Below are positions 47,301 through 56,944 of a stretch of DNA of 64,000 nucleotides, piece by piece. How positions within the stretch are numbered: the first letter of the stretch is position 1; each line of letters begins with the position of its first letter. Position numbers and translations under genes: made by a program. The stretch lies in sequence record NC_041972.1; one strand, 5' to 3'. Below the pieces are notes generated by a model, which saw nothing but the letters and a program-made list of their open reading frames with translations, searched no databases and was not told the origin of the DNA.

Positions 47301-48821
47301 ATGGACAAGTTACCAAGTACCGCACTGCCAAAGGTGTCAATGGTTTTATACACCGATGGCGGTTGTCGTCAAAACATCGGAGGCTGGGGAATACATGGTT
47401 ATTCCTGGCTGGTTGAAGACGATGACAAAAAGAAAAAGAAAAAGCCGGCGCGTGACGTCCCGTCAACGACTGGCTACATTGTAAAAGACGATCCGAAACT
47501 CGACAGTCGTGAAGTGGTCAGGCCCCACGAAGTGATTGAAGGGTTTGGTGGGATTTTACCTAACACCACGAATAACGTTGCGGAACTCACAGCAACTATT
47601 AATGGTATTGACTTAGCACTACAGCAGAACACAGAAAAGCTCCTCGTCATCTCCGATTCCAAATATGTCGGCGACAATGCAAAGAATCAATTGCATCGTT
47701 GGATGAAAGCCGGCTGGAAGAAAGCGGATGGCGGGGATGTTGCCAACAAAGAGCTGTGGGAAACCCTCAGCAGCAAACTTGATGAGCTGAAGTATCGCGG
47801 CATCTCGTTTGACATCGAATGGCTGAAAGGGCATGCGGGTCACCGTGGAAATCAGTTCGCTGACTACATGGCAACCCGTGGTGTCTTTAAAGGCCGTGTT
47901 GGTGACGCTACCCCGTATTATCAGATCCAGGATGCTGGTGAGTACGATAAGTACAAAACCGAACGTCCGCGCTTTGTCACGCACTCGCGCTGGTACTTCA
48001 CGTTACAGACTGAAAAGTTGATGAACAAGAATGAACAGGGCTTGTACGAGTATTGCTTTGGCCACCCAAGTAAAGGGGATGCTGATCAACAGTACTTAGG
48101 CAAAGCGTTAGCCGACACCGCCTTTAGCGTGGTGTGGTTGAAAGCACCTGAAGAGTGTTTGGATCTGGTTTATTCACGCACCAAAGAGATCGCTACCGAC
48201 GTTTACGGTAACGCCTTCATTGGTCGCCTGGATAACATTTACAACTCATTCATTCACAAAGAGATCATGGACTACGGCGGGTCGTTATTGCAACGTGCGA
48301 ATAAGTACAACAATGACATCACCAACTGTACCGATGCTCAAGTGGTGCGTGAGTGTAACCCGCCAGGTATCTCTTACCGGGCACTGTCGAATTTAGGACA
48401 GCTTAGTAAGATCCTGAATGAATTTGTCAGCGACAGTTTACCTGCGACAACCAGGGTGGTAGAGATTACTGACAAAATCTACCAGACCGTGAAAGGTAAG
48501 AAAGAAGATAAGCTGGCATTGCTCGGTTCGATTCGTCAAACCGACAAAGCGCTCAAGTTCGATGTACCGTGTGATGTACTCGACAAAGCGATCTCCGTCG
48601 AAGTTACAGCCACGCTTGGATTGACCTTACCCAACCGTAATACGTTAAACGGTCTTACGGAACTCAATCCAAAGGTATACCTGTTCTTGACAAAAGAGTC
48701 CGACATTGCATTTCGCTACGGATCGATTGTGGTATGCGATGAAGGGTATTGCATCATGGCCAACGTATACGCTGACCTGCGTACGCTGTCAAAAAAGGAT
48801 CTGGAGCGTTGCGGGCAGTAA
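47301..48821 (+). CDS. rnhA: Ribonuclease HI with long C-terminal extension
   Basis: YTDGGC, GGWG, TNN.AEL.A, SDSKYV, V.NKELW, W.KGHAGH.GN..AD..A catalytic motifs in first ~210 aa. Confidence 0.92.
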   Translation: MDKLPSTALPKVSMVLYTDGGCRQNIGGWGIHGYSWLVEDDDKKKKKKPARDVPSTTGYIVKDDPKLDSREVVRPHEVIEGFGGILPNTTNNVAELTATINGIDLALQQNTEKLLVISDSKYVGDNAKNQLHRWMKAGWKKADGGDVANKELWETLSSKLDELKYRGISFDIEWLKGHAGHRGNQFADYMATRGVFKGRVGDATPYYQIQDAGEYDKYKTERPRFVTHSRWYFTLQTEKLMNKNEQGLYEYCFGHPSKGDADQQYLGKALADTAFSVVWLKAPEECLDLVYSRTKEIATDVYGNAFIGRLDNIYNSFIHKEIMDYGGSLLQRANKYNNDITNCTDAQVVRECNPPGISYRALSNLGQLSKILNEFVSDSLPATTRVVEITDKIYQTVKGKKEDKLALLGSIRQTDKALKFDVPCDVLDKAISVEVTATLGLTLPNRNTLNGLTELNPKVYLFLTKESDIAFRYGSIVVCDEGYCIMANVYADLRTLSKKDLERCGQ

Positions 48822-48831
48822 AGGGTGACTT

Positions 48832-49188
48832 GTGACCACGTTATTCGCCGGTGCACCAACCAAGCTTCCGATGATGGACCTGTCTGCGATCATTGATCCA
48901 GATAAGGATATCGAGTCTCGGCTTAAACGGAAACTGTTATTAACTTTCGTTTGTCATTGTCGACGTCCTCGTGCGAGTGCAGATGAGCTTAACCGCACAC
49001 ATGCGCTATGCGAGGATTCGGCAGACGTTGAGCAGTGTCTTGATTACATCTCGCGCATGGGTCCTGAGTTCAGTGAAGCTTACGATGGTGTTGATCTTGA
49101 ATGTGTGATGGATATCATCGGGCGTACGCCTGAATGGCTCCGTTACGGATCTGCTATTGAAATGTGGACAGACCTCAAGCAGTTGTAG
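48832..49188 (+). CDS. Hypothetical protein
   Basis: 118 aa, GTG start after AGGGTG. Confidence 0.65.
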   Translation: MTTLFAGAPTKLPMMDLSAIIDPDKDIESRLKRKLLLTFVCHCRRPRASADELNRTHALCEDSADVEQCLDYISRMGPEFSEAYDGVDLECVMDIIGRTPEWLRYGSAIEMWTDLKQL

Positions 49189-49228
49189 GGCATAAGAGGA
49201 GGGCGTGAGCCCTCCTCTACTTTATGCT
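49189..49228. terminator. Bidirectional terminator with TATGC on both strands
   Basis: GGCATA-AGAGGAGGGC-GTGA-GCCCTCCTCT-ACTTTATGCT between convergent genes. Confidence 0.8.
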
Positions 49229-49236
49229 GCTTTTTT

Positions 49237-50034
49237 TTATTTGACTTCTTTTGCCAACTTCACTGCAGTGTTGTTCAGTGCCGTTCCTGTTGAAATGAAC
49301 AGGGTATGACAAACACTATAGAGATCAGCCGCACGGGCCGTAGACAGCAGCGTCTTCGCCAGGTTGTCGATATCAGCCTTACTGAGTACCAGTTCGCCAG
49401 ACTCAATCTGACTGAAGACCAGATCAGACAGTTCCGCCACGCGTTTCACCGCCAGGTTGAAGTTGTAGATCTGCCCGCGCTTTAACATCGCCACGAGCTT
49501 ATTAAAGTCAGTGTAGACGTTGGTGAATTCCGTCAGGTTCGGGAAACGGGCGGCGAAGCTGATATCGGTGACATCTTTTCCACCCAGCGATTTACCTAAC
49601 ATTGCTTCCACTTTACCCAGGATAGCCTTGTCCACGTTCGGGGCGTACGCCACACTGGCATTACCCGCAGAGACACCCGCGAGCCAGGAGTGCAGCTTAC
49701 TGATGTGGGTCGACTCCAGCATGGTGCAGAAAGCCCGGGCAGTGGCCAGGTTCTCAACCCATTCCTGATAGCTGACATTCAGACGCGCCGGTTGATAGAT
49801 CGTGCGATCCATGAAGTCGGTGTAGTTGTGCGATGCCAGCGCTTTGGATAACGGGCTGAGGTCAGCGGTGATCAGATCCTGTGCAGTGCCATACGCACGA
49901 TCACTGAAGAACTTCTTAATGCCATCAAAGAAGTTGCGGATGGGGGCAATAATGTTTAATGCTTCGAGGCCGGCACCGGTTGACTCACGCAGTTCCTGGT
50001 AGTCGGCTTCGAGGTTTTCAATGTTGTACGACAT
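49237..50034 (-). CDS. Putative virion head protein with N-terminal propeptide
   Basis: 265 aa; acidic N-terminus ending GAGLE-A, a prohead-protease-type site. Confidence 0.65.
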   Translation of the reverse strand: MSYNIENLEADYQELRESTGAGLEALNIIAPIRNFFDGIKKFFSDRAYGTAQDLITADLSPLSKALASHNYTDFMDRTIYQPARLNVSYQEWVENLATARAFCTMLESTHISKLHSWLAGVSAGNASVAYAPNVDKAILGKVEAMLGKSLGGKDVTDISFAARFPNLTEFTNVYTDFNKLVAMLKRGQIYNFNLAVKRVAELSDLVFSQIESGELVLSKADIDNLAKTLLSTARAADLYSVCHTLFISTGTALNNTAVKLAKEVK

Positions 50035-50115
50035 ATGTACTCCGTGAGATAAAAGTAATCTGTTACATAAGATGACTTATTATGAAGGTATTATTAATTA
50101 AAAGGACCGCACACA

Positions 50116-51501
50116 ATGTTGTCATTCGGTGAATTTGTTGAGAAGTCACGCCCTATTCGACCTTTCTTGAATATCGGCGCGGGCTTTGATATCCCAACCG
50201 GTAGCTATCGTTTCGGTAAGCACGGTGAATCTATTCTTAATGGTGGTCTGGCACCATTCATTGCGATTGTTGGTAAAGGCAACACCTTTAAAACAGCGAT
50301 CGGTTGTTTCATGATGACCCGCGTGCTGGAGCGCTACAATAACTCTAACGGTCTGCACTACGATACCGAGTGTACGTTCAGTGCCGATCGTCTTACCAGT
50401 CTTACCAGTCGTCTGGGTCCGAATGCTGCTGCAGAGTGGCTGGCCAACGAACGTATCTACCTGACTGATGACTCCATCATTAAAGGTAACCAGTGGTTTA
50501 AGAAATCGGTGCAGGAATACTCCGAAGCGAAGAAGAAAGCCAAAATGGGCACGCTGCCGTTTGTGGATAAAGATGGGAACTTAATCCCGTATCCATACCC
50601 GACAGTCAACTTTGGCGATTCCATGTCTGAGATGAAATTCGACGATCTGGAAAAGAACTACGCCAAGATGGAAATCGGCCAGGGTGAAATGCAAACGGAA
50701 GCCATGCGTGTGTCGAATGCCAAACGCATGTTAATCGAAAAGACCCAGGGTTACGCCAACGCCGGCGGCATGTATGTCATCATGACAGCGCACTTAGGTA
50801 AAGAGCTGAACATGGATGGTAAACCACAAGAGAAGAAAACCACCTTTATGAAACAAGGTGACAAAATCTCTAAGGTGCCTTCACAGATCCTCTCTCTGCC
50901 AAACAACGCCTGGGAGATCTCTACCGGTACGGTGTTGATTGATAAGAACACCAAAGAGTGGATGTACCCGAAACAGGGTCGCAACGACGTGGATACCAAC
51001 GGTAACCCGGACATGATCACTCTGGTGGCGAAGAACCTGCGCGGGAAGAATGGCCCGTCTGGTGTGCCGTGGGAGTTCGTGATGTCACAGTCTGAAGGCC
51101 TGCTGCCATCCCTGACTGAGTTCCATTACATTAAGAACAACGGCCGTTATGGCCTGGGTGGCAATGACCGTAATTATTATGTTGAATTGTGCCCAGATAT
51201 CAAGCTGCAGCGCACCACCGTGCGTGATCGCATCGACGATAACCCTGAGTTACGTCGGGCATTAGAGATCACCATGGAGATGTGTCAGATGCGTTTCCTG
51301 TGGCATACCCGCGATCCAAAGTACAACATGACTCCTCAGGAACTGCGTGAAGGCCTGGAGAAGAAAGGGTACAAATGGGATCAGCTGCTCAACACCCGTG
51401 GGTTCTGGACGTTTGAAGAAGACAACCATCCATTACCATTCTTAAGCACAATGGATCTACTCCGCATGTATCATGATGAGTATCGCCCATACTGGCTGTA
51501 A
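50116..51501 (+). CDS. uvsX: UvsX/RecA-like recombinase (phiKZ type)
   Basis: 461 aa; FDIPTG, IAIVGKGNTFKT Walker A, YDTE, NFGDSMS Walker B, VIMTAH. Confidence 0.8.
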   Translation: MLSFGEFVEKSRPIRPFLNIGAGFDIPTGSYRFGKHGESILNGGLAPFIAIVGKGNTFKTAIGCFMMTRVLERYNNSNGLHYDTECTFSADRLTSLTSRLGPNAAAEWLANERIYLTDDSIIKGNQWFKKSVQEYSEAKKKAKMGTLPFVDKDGNLIPYPYPTVNFGDSMSEMKFDDLEKNYAKMEIGQGEMQTEAMRVSNAKRMLIEKTQGYANAGGMYVIMTAHLGKELNMDGKPQEKKTTFMKQGDKISKVPSQILSLPNNAWEISTGTVLIDKNTKEWMYPKQGRNDVDTNGNPDMITLVAKNLRGKNGPSGVPWEFVMSQSEGLLPSLTEFHYIKNNGRYGLGGNDRNYYVELCPDIKLQRTTVRDRIDDNPELRRALEITMEMCQMRFLWHTRDPKYNMTPQELREGLEKKGYKWDQLLNTRGFWTFEEDNHPLPFLSTMDLLRMYHDEYRPYWL

Positions 51502-51581
51502 GTGTACCCACTGTGGGAGAGGGTTATCCCTCTCCTTCTTATACCGTCAGTAGAGGGAAATAAGCTAATAGGAAGCAGTAT

Positions 51582-52001
51582 ATGCTTAACAAAGAAATAC
51601 GCATTGTCGTTGCGTCGACTAAAGGTTTCAACGACGCAGAGCGTTTAAAACTGACTATTGACGGCCTCCTGGAAGATATCTATTACCTCAACGAAGGGGT
51701 AGGTGATGAGGACGAGGAGTTGATCACTGATGCCAAGATCGTTTTCATCACCAATGGCGAACACAAAACAGCGGCTGAGTTGCTGCCTGGTGTGTTGGGT
51801 GATCGGAACATCGACATCGAAGTGATCAAGGTTGATTGGTCAAAAGGTAAGAAAGCGTTTTTTGATAACTGCGCTGTATTGGGTGCGAAGTCGACCCACG
51901 GCGTCATTTTTACGGACAGCAAAGATGACGGGATGCAGACACTGCTGAAAGCATGTCTCGATGCCGGCTCACGCGTTCGTACTTATAGCTCTGCTATTTG
52001 A
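51582..52001 (+). CDS. Degenerate SLOG (YspA/DUF2493-like) protein
   Basis: RIVVAS..GFND..L...I...IVF..G...DW..GK.AF..N..V.....VIF.D aligns with the SLOG half of 52492-53373. Confidence 0.55.
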   Translation: MLNKEIRIVVASTKGFNDAERLKLTIDGLLEDIYYLNEGVGDEDEELITDAKIVFITNGEHKTAAELLPGVLGDRNIDIEVIKVDWSKGKKAFFDNCAVLGAKSTHGVIFTDSKDDGMQTLLKACLDAGSRVRTYSSAI

Positions 52002-52015
52002 GAAAGGTAACCCCC

Positions 52016-52462
52016 ATGATAGCCTCAGAAGCTCACGTTAGTATACTTGACGTTAATGTCACCCACGTTGTATGCACAGTTAATTGCGAAGGGCATATGG
52101 GTCGTGGCATAGCCTTGTATCTGCGTAAGTGTATTCCGGGGCTATATGAGCGGTATAAACACCTGTGCAGTTTAGGGATCATCACGGTAGACAAACTCTG
52201 GATCTACCCATCACACCCCCGTCAGATTCTCTGCTTTCCAACCAAAGATAAAACCTGGGAAGACAGCAAGCTTGAATGGATCGAAGCCAATCTCATAAAG
52301 CTTCGTGACAACTACAAAACAAAAGGCATTGTCTCTGTGGCGATGCCTCCTCTTGGATGTGGAAACGGTAACCTAAAGTGGGATGAGGTGCGGAGCCTCA
52401 TTTATGCCATCTTGGGCGATTGTGACCTTGAAGTCCACATCTGTTTAGGTAAACCGAAGTGA
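52016..52462 (+). CDS. DarG/TARG1-like macrodomain ADP-ribosyl glycohydrolase
   Basis: TVNC.G.MG.GIA, I.CFPTK..W..SKLEWI..L..L, SVAMPPLGCGNG.L.W.EV..LI. Confidence 0.88.
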   Translation: MIASEAHVSILDVNVTHVVCTVNCEGHMGRGIALYLRKCIPGLYERYKHLCSLGIITVDKLWIYPSHPRQILCFPTKDKTWEDSKLEWIEANLIKLRDNYKTKGIVSVAMPPLGCGNGNLKWDEVRSLIYAILGDCDLEVHICLGKPK

Positions 52463-52491
52463 GGGAAACACCCTGAATAGGAGCCAGTATT

Positions 52492-53373
52492 ATGTCTGAT
52501 AACGCACGCGTTTTACCCGATCCACGCGAAGATGGCAAGACGCACATCAACGTCTATAGCCGTGGCGCTTCCTGGTTAGGACAGCAACTTTCTAATATGT
52601 CCTACTACGACTTCGCACATCCACGCTACGGCGTGTTCGCCTCGTTGGAGGGCTTCTGGTATTGGTTGTCTACGGGCAAGCAACACGAGGAGTTACGGAA
52701 GCTTGCCGGGGTCAAAGCGAAAATGACCGGCCGGGAGTTCGAGACGATCCCAAATGAAAACTTTGAAGAAGAGTTCAAAGAAGCCATGCGTCTGCGTCTG
52801 GAGCAACACCCGATCATTGCTAACGCCCTGGCTGAATCGTTACTGCCGTTAAAGCACTACTATTGTTACGGTGGGAAAGTGATCGACTTGTATGACCGCC
52901 ACAAATGGCAGATGGACTTCTACGAGGAGTGGCGTAAAGCCAATGCCCCCGAAGACACCACCTTGGTATTGTTGATCTCTGGCTCACGTAAAGAGAAAGA
53001 CTACGACGCCTTTAAGCACATCGTGATGACCTACCTGCAACCGTATATCGACAAGATAAAGGACACGTACAAAATCACCCTGCTTTCGGGGCTCGCCTGG
53101 GAAGGTCCCGATGACATGGCAATTCGTCTGTGTCGGGAAGAAGGCTTCATGTTGATTGGTCTGCCGGCTAAGTGGAAAGAGCAAGGCAAAGCCGCGGGCA
53201 TGATCCGTAATGGTGCCATGGGGCGGTTGTGTAACAAGGCTCTGGTGTTCTGGGATGGCGAATCACCGGGGACAAAAGGGATGATTGATTACCTGAAGAA
53301 AAATACTATAGACCATCTTGTGTATTTACACGGTAAACATGAACCTGACTGGAAAGCCCCGGAGACATCATGA
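52492..53373 (+). CDS. NADAR (T4 gp30.3-like) - SLOG (DUF2493/YspA) fusion
   Basis: N-half LSN...F..P.YG.FASLEGFW..L...LAG..AK..G; C-half ISGSR..DY, LSG.A..G.D, W...GK.AG.IRN..M, VFWDG.SPGTK.MI. Confidence 0.75.
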   Translation: MSDNARVLPDPREDGKTHINVYSRGASWLGQQLSNMSYYDFAHPRYGVFASLEGFWYWLSTGKQHEELRKLAGVKAKMTGREFETIPNENFEEEFKEAMRLRLEQHPIIANALAESLLPLKHYYCYGGKVIDLYDRHKWQMDFYEEWRKANAPEDTTLVLLISGSRKEKDYDAFKHIVMTYLQPYIDKIKDTYKITLLSGLAWEGPDDMAIRLCREEGFMLIGLPAKWKEQGKAAGMIRNGAMGRLCNKALVFWDGESPGTKGMIDYLKKNTIDHLVYLHGKHEPDWKAPETS

Positions 53374-54044
53374 CCCCAGCACGCGAACAGACCCAGCAAT
53401 TTGTGATCGAGGCTATTGCTGAGATTCTCCCCGGTTCTAAGAACCGGGATATCTATATCGACTTCTTCTCGCGGTTGAGCGATGAGGCGTTTGATGCCCT
53501 GATGCAGCGGATGGATGAAGACCAGGAGATCTTCCCCTTCTACCATCCGAACTTTACCGGCACGGTAATTGATGTTGAACGTGTGATCAAGTTAATTGAA
53601 AAGCACGGCGACACTATCATGGAGCAGCTCTGGGATATCGACCCGGAAACCGGACTGCAGTACCTGACTCCATTGAAGTATCCGGTGCTGTTACTTCCGC
53701 TGCGTATTCAGCAGCAGAAGCTGCAGAAGAAGATGTCGATTCCAAAAGACAACAACCACATCGACGATCTGACTAACCAGCCCACCACCGAATCCAAAGG
53801 GGCTTCTTTGTCTTACCCGGAAGTGCAGATCATCTATGCCATGGGTGGTGACAAGATTCTGGAAGAGACCATGAAGGTCCGTGGTGGTGATGAGAAGGCG
53901 TTTCGTGATTACAATAACGAAATCATTGCAAGCGGCGGTGTCACCATTGGTGCAATCAGCAGCAGCAAGACCAAGGTGAAGTCCACCAAAACCGTGCAAG
54001 TGATTCTTGAGGCCATGCACCTGAGCAACAACCTGGCCAGTTAA
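53370..54044 (+). CDS. Virion RNA polymerase beta subunit, C-terminal fragment (phiKZ gp149-like)
   Basis: DPETG..Y..P, LPLR..QQ...KK.S, D..T.QP...SKG..LS.PE, LEE..KVRGGD correspond to RpoB C-terminal motifs. Confidence 0.82.
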   Translation: MTPAREQTQQFVIEAIAEILPGSKNRDIYIDFFSRLSDEAFDALMQRMDEDQEIFPFYHPNFTGTVIDVERVIKLIEKHGDTIMEQLWDIDPETGLQYLTPLKYPVLLLPLRIQQQKLQKKMSIPKDNNHIDDLTNQPTTESKGASLSYPEVQIIYAMGGDKILEETMKVRGGDEKAFRDYNNEIIASGGVTIGAISSSKTKVKSTKTVQVILEAMHLSNNLAS

Positions 54045-54053
54045 GGATGCAAC

Positions 54054-54614
54054 ATGAGTAGCTTGATAAACAACCTGACCGGTAAAAACAAAGTTGAGTT
54101 CAGCCCGATTGATCTTGACAGTGAAGTCGAGCGGGTTGTCTCTGAGTATGTCGGTACATACTTACGCAACCGTATCTTTCTGGCGGCGCAATCGAAGATA
54201 CCGGTGAATGAAGACCCGGGGTATCTGCAGATTGTAAACTTCTTGGCGTTGGTCAACATGGAGTTCAACCATATGCGCATGTGGTCTACGTCTGACATGA
54301 CCAATACCGTCTGGCCGCAGATCGTTGAAGATGAGTATGTGTTGCGCTTTGTGTTTAAAGGCACTACCCATGTCAGTGTGCGGTGCTTTGATGGCGACGT
54401 ACCCTTTCAGAAACTGGTCGACCACGTGGCCGGTTCTCTAAGCTGCATGTCGCACGGCGGAAATGAAATCATCGCAGCAGCGTTAACCCAGGTCCTGCCA
54501 CGCAATGACGAACTGGTTGAGCTCTTTACCGGTAACCAATGGTCGTTGTTCATTTATTACCTGACGCGCATTAACATCATTGAGATTGTGACCAATTCGG
54601 GAGGTAGTGTATAA
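54054..54614 (+). CDS. Hypothetical protein
   Basis: 186 aa, AAGGA RBS. Confidence 0.75.
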   Translation: MSSLINNLTGKNKVEFSPIDLDSEVERVVSEYVGTYLRNRIFLAAQSKIPVNEDPGYLQIVNFLALVNMEFNHMRMWSTSDMTNTVWPQIVEDEYVLRFVFKGTTHVSVRCFDGDVPFQKLVDHVAGSLSCMSHGGNEIIAAALTQVLPRNDELVELFTGNQWSLFIYYLTRINIIEIVTNSGGSV

Positions 54615-55342
54615 TGGTGGGCGGAGATCGTATTGGGTGTTACGTCCCCCTGGATGCTTTGTTGGATACCCGTATCGGGGTCATTGACCAAGTGGCCGGG
54701 GAAGTAGGATTGGAGTTGGTTAAGTCATGGTACCATACTCGCACGGCTGATCGCTTTGACCGAAAAGGCACACCGTTAACGCAGGCGGCATATCAGGCAG
54801 CCTGGGCCGCCCGCAGTGAAGAGACCTTAAAGCGTACACGCATGACCTTTGTGCCGATGTACCTGATGAACCTGATCAGTCGCTTTAACACCTCACACGG
54901 CATGCCGATCATGGCCGCAACCTACAACATCACGGTGAACACGTATCCGTATCGGTTATCCGATGAGCGCAAAGAACAACTGCAGAAGATCATCGAAACG
55001 TACACGTCGGGCATTGCTGAAATCACCATTGACTATATCAGTCCAGCAGACCTGACTGTCGAGTACGTGAAGGCGAACTACTCCGTGTGCATCATGTATG
55101 AGTTTGATGAATGGTTGATGTTGCATAAAGACGAGTTCAGCCAGACCCAGATGCCCGGGACCGTAATCCTGGCACCTAAGTTGTATCTGGCGGATGTGGG
55201 GGAAGATGTGATTAAGCGGGCAGAGCAGACCGATGGCTTTGCAGGCCTGAGCCTGGCACTCTGTGCATTGGTGACAGTGGTGTTCCTGGATGTAAGGTTG
55301 TTCTCTTATGTCACAGACACACCACCGAATCTGGATGAGTGA
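54614..55342 (+). CDS. Hypothetical protein (possibly HAD-like fold)
   Basis: 242 aa; N-terminal YVPLDALLDT. Confidence 0.7.
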   Translation: MVGGDRIGCYVPLDALLDTRIGVIDQVAGEVGLELVKSWYHTRTADRFDRKGTPLTQAAYQAAWAARSEETLKRTRMTFVPMYLMNLISRFNTSHGMPIMAATYNITVNTYPYRLSDERKEQLQKIIETYTSGIAEITIDYISPADLTVEYVKANYSVCIMYEFDEWLMLHKDEFSQTQMPGTVILAPKLYLADVGEDVIKRAEQTDGFAGLSLALCALVTVVFLDVRLFSYVTDTPPNLDE

Positions 55343-55801
55343 TTACTTCTTTTCGCCGCCTGGGTTCATGATATCATCGTACTCGATGTGTTCACTGCCT
55401 TGACGGGTCTCACCTGCTTTAAACTCCGGGACCGGTAACTGACTGGCATCCGGGGTTGGAGCAGGGACGGCGGCAATCGAGGTGTCTGCACCTTCACCAC
55501 GCAGGGCAAAACCACCGGCAGCCAACACTTGCTTAACTGCACCGATGATAACAGCACCTTGCGCTTCGTCGTTCTCTTGGGCTTTCTGCTCAAGGTCAAG
55601 ACGTTGACGGTTAATGATGGATTTGTCGATATCACCCATCGCGGTCAGGGCGATCTTCAACATCTTCGGGTCTTGTCGGGAGGCCTTGATGGGAGCACCG
55701 GACTCAGAGTCCTTCTCATCAAGGATATCTTCGACAATCCCTAACCGTCGCATTTGCATACGACGCATCAAGGCCGCATCGTCTAATTCATAATCAGCCA
55801 T
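55343..55801 (-). CDS. Hypothetical protein
   Basis: 152 aa from ATG after GGAGG. Confidence 0.7.
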   Translation of the reverse strand: MADYELDDAALMRRMQMRRLGIVEDILDEKDSESGAPIKASRQDPKMLKIALTAMGDIDKSIINRQRLDLEQKAQENDEAQGAVIIGAVKQVLAAGGFALRGEGADTSIAAVPAPTPDASQLPVPEFKAGETRQGSEHIEYDDIMNPGGEKK

Positions 55802-55823
55802 GAGGCCTCCAGAATAATTCACA

Positions 55824-55841
55824 CCTACATTATCTAGGTGA
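55824..55841 (+). promoter_or_regulatory. Putative early promoter (variant)
   Basis: CCTACATTAT-ctag-GTGA in a divergent intergenic gap. Confidence 0.6.
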
Positions 55842-55866
55842 TCGTAGTGTATTAAAAGGAATCGTT

Positions 55867-56397
55867 ATGCGCTTTTTTAAAAAGCTTGCACTCAAACGAT
55901 GCATGGCGATGTTGCGTGATGCGAAGCACGATACCTTCACCGCGCAAGAAAGCATGAACGTTCTACATGTGCTTGATACCGTGATTTCCACGGACGGCAT
56001 CATAAAATATTTCGATGTTCGGGTTTCGCTCTCCATATTGATGGAAACACAACTCCCCAATGCGATGGCGATGCTGGACTTGATCACCGAAATAAACAAA
56101 CACATTCAAAAGGATTTGGATGCCACGTTACCGGATCACGGGACACTATTTGCTGAGTTTCGTGATCTGCGAGTCTTAAGCTTATATGACTGGTTATCTG
56201 ATAGCGCGGGTCGAGTAGTAGATGCACCACACTTTTACCAACTGTTCATTGATCAGTTGAACCAATTAATTACCGTTATAGTGAACTGTGAAGACCAGGC
56301 AACCCAACAGTATTATCTGCGTAGATTGCAACCACTCTACAACGAATTACTGGGAACAGTGTATGCGGCGTTACACTGCGGAATGCTGAGTCTCTAA
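55867..56397 (+). CDS. Hypothetical protein
   Basis: 176 aa, AAGGA RBS. Confidence 0.7.
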   Translation: MRFFKKLALKRCMAMLRDAKHDTFTAQESMNVLHVLDTVISTDGIIKYFDVRVSLSILMETQLPNAMAMLDLITEINKHIQKDLDATLPDHGTLFAEFRDLRVLSLYDWLSDSAGRVVDAPHFYQLFIDQLNQLITVIVNCEDQATQQYYLRRLQPLYNELLGTVYAALHCGMLSL

Positions 56398-56408
56398 GGA
56401 GTTATCAG

Positions 56409-56873
56409 GTGTCTGACAAGAAAAAACCAAGGGATCAATTGACGGAGATGTTAACCGATCCGACAAAGCGGTCACGGCAGACCGCGCATCCGTTGGTGAG
56501 GCTCTGGCGACAATTCATGGCACGGGAGCTCATCACTCCTTCCAAATGGGGTGCCTTGATTGCCGAGCACATCACTCGATTGCGACAATACAAAGAAATG
56601 GATGTCCAGGCTGTTGGTACCGAACGGGGTAATTTAAAGAAAGCGTTTATTGAAAAGAACACCATGTCTTTTTCGGCGTTTCAACGTGGCTTACGTTTCC
56701 TGGGTTTTGCCAAGGTCACGATCATCGTCATTGCAGAGCGACCTAATGGTGAGAAGGTTGAAGAGCGTGTCGAGATTGAATTAATTAAGCGTATGTTTAC
56801 AGCAGGAACACCGCCAGCCACACCGCCGACAGAGAAAGATAAACCCGATTCTGATAAACCGCCTGAGAAGTAA
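56409..56873 (+). CDS. Hypothetical protein
   Basis: 154 aa, AAGGAG RBS, GTG start. Confidence 0.7.
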   Translation: MSDKKKPRDQLTEMLTDPTKRSRQTAHPLVRLWRQFMARELITPSKWGALIAEHITRLRQYKEMDVQAVGTERGNLKKAFIEKNTMSFSAFQRGLRFLGFAKVTIIVIAERPNGEKVEERVEIELIKRMFTAGTPPATPPTEKDKPDSDKPPEK

Positions 56874-56944
56874 AGACGATACTATAGAAGATGGGACTTC
56901 GGTCCCATCGCTATTCCCTTCTTTTTTTTTGTTGAGGTTTGATC

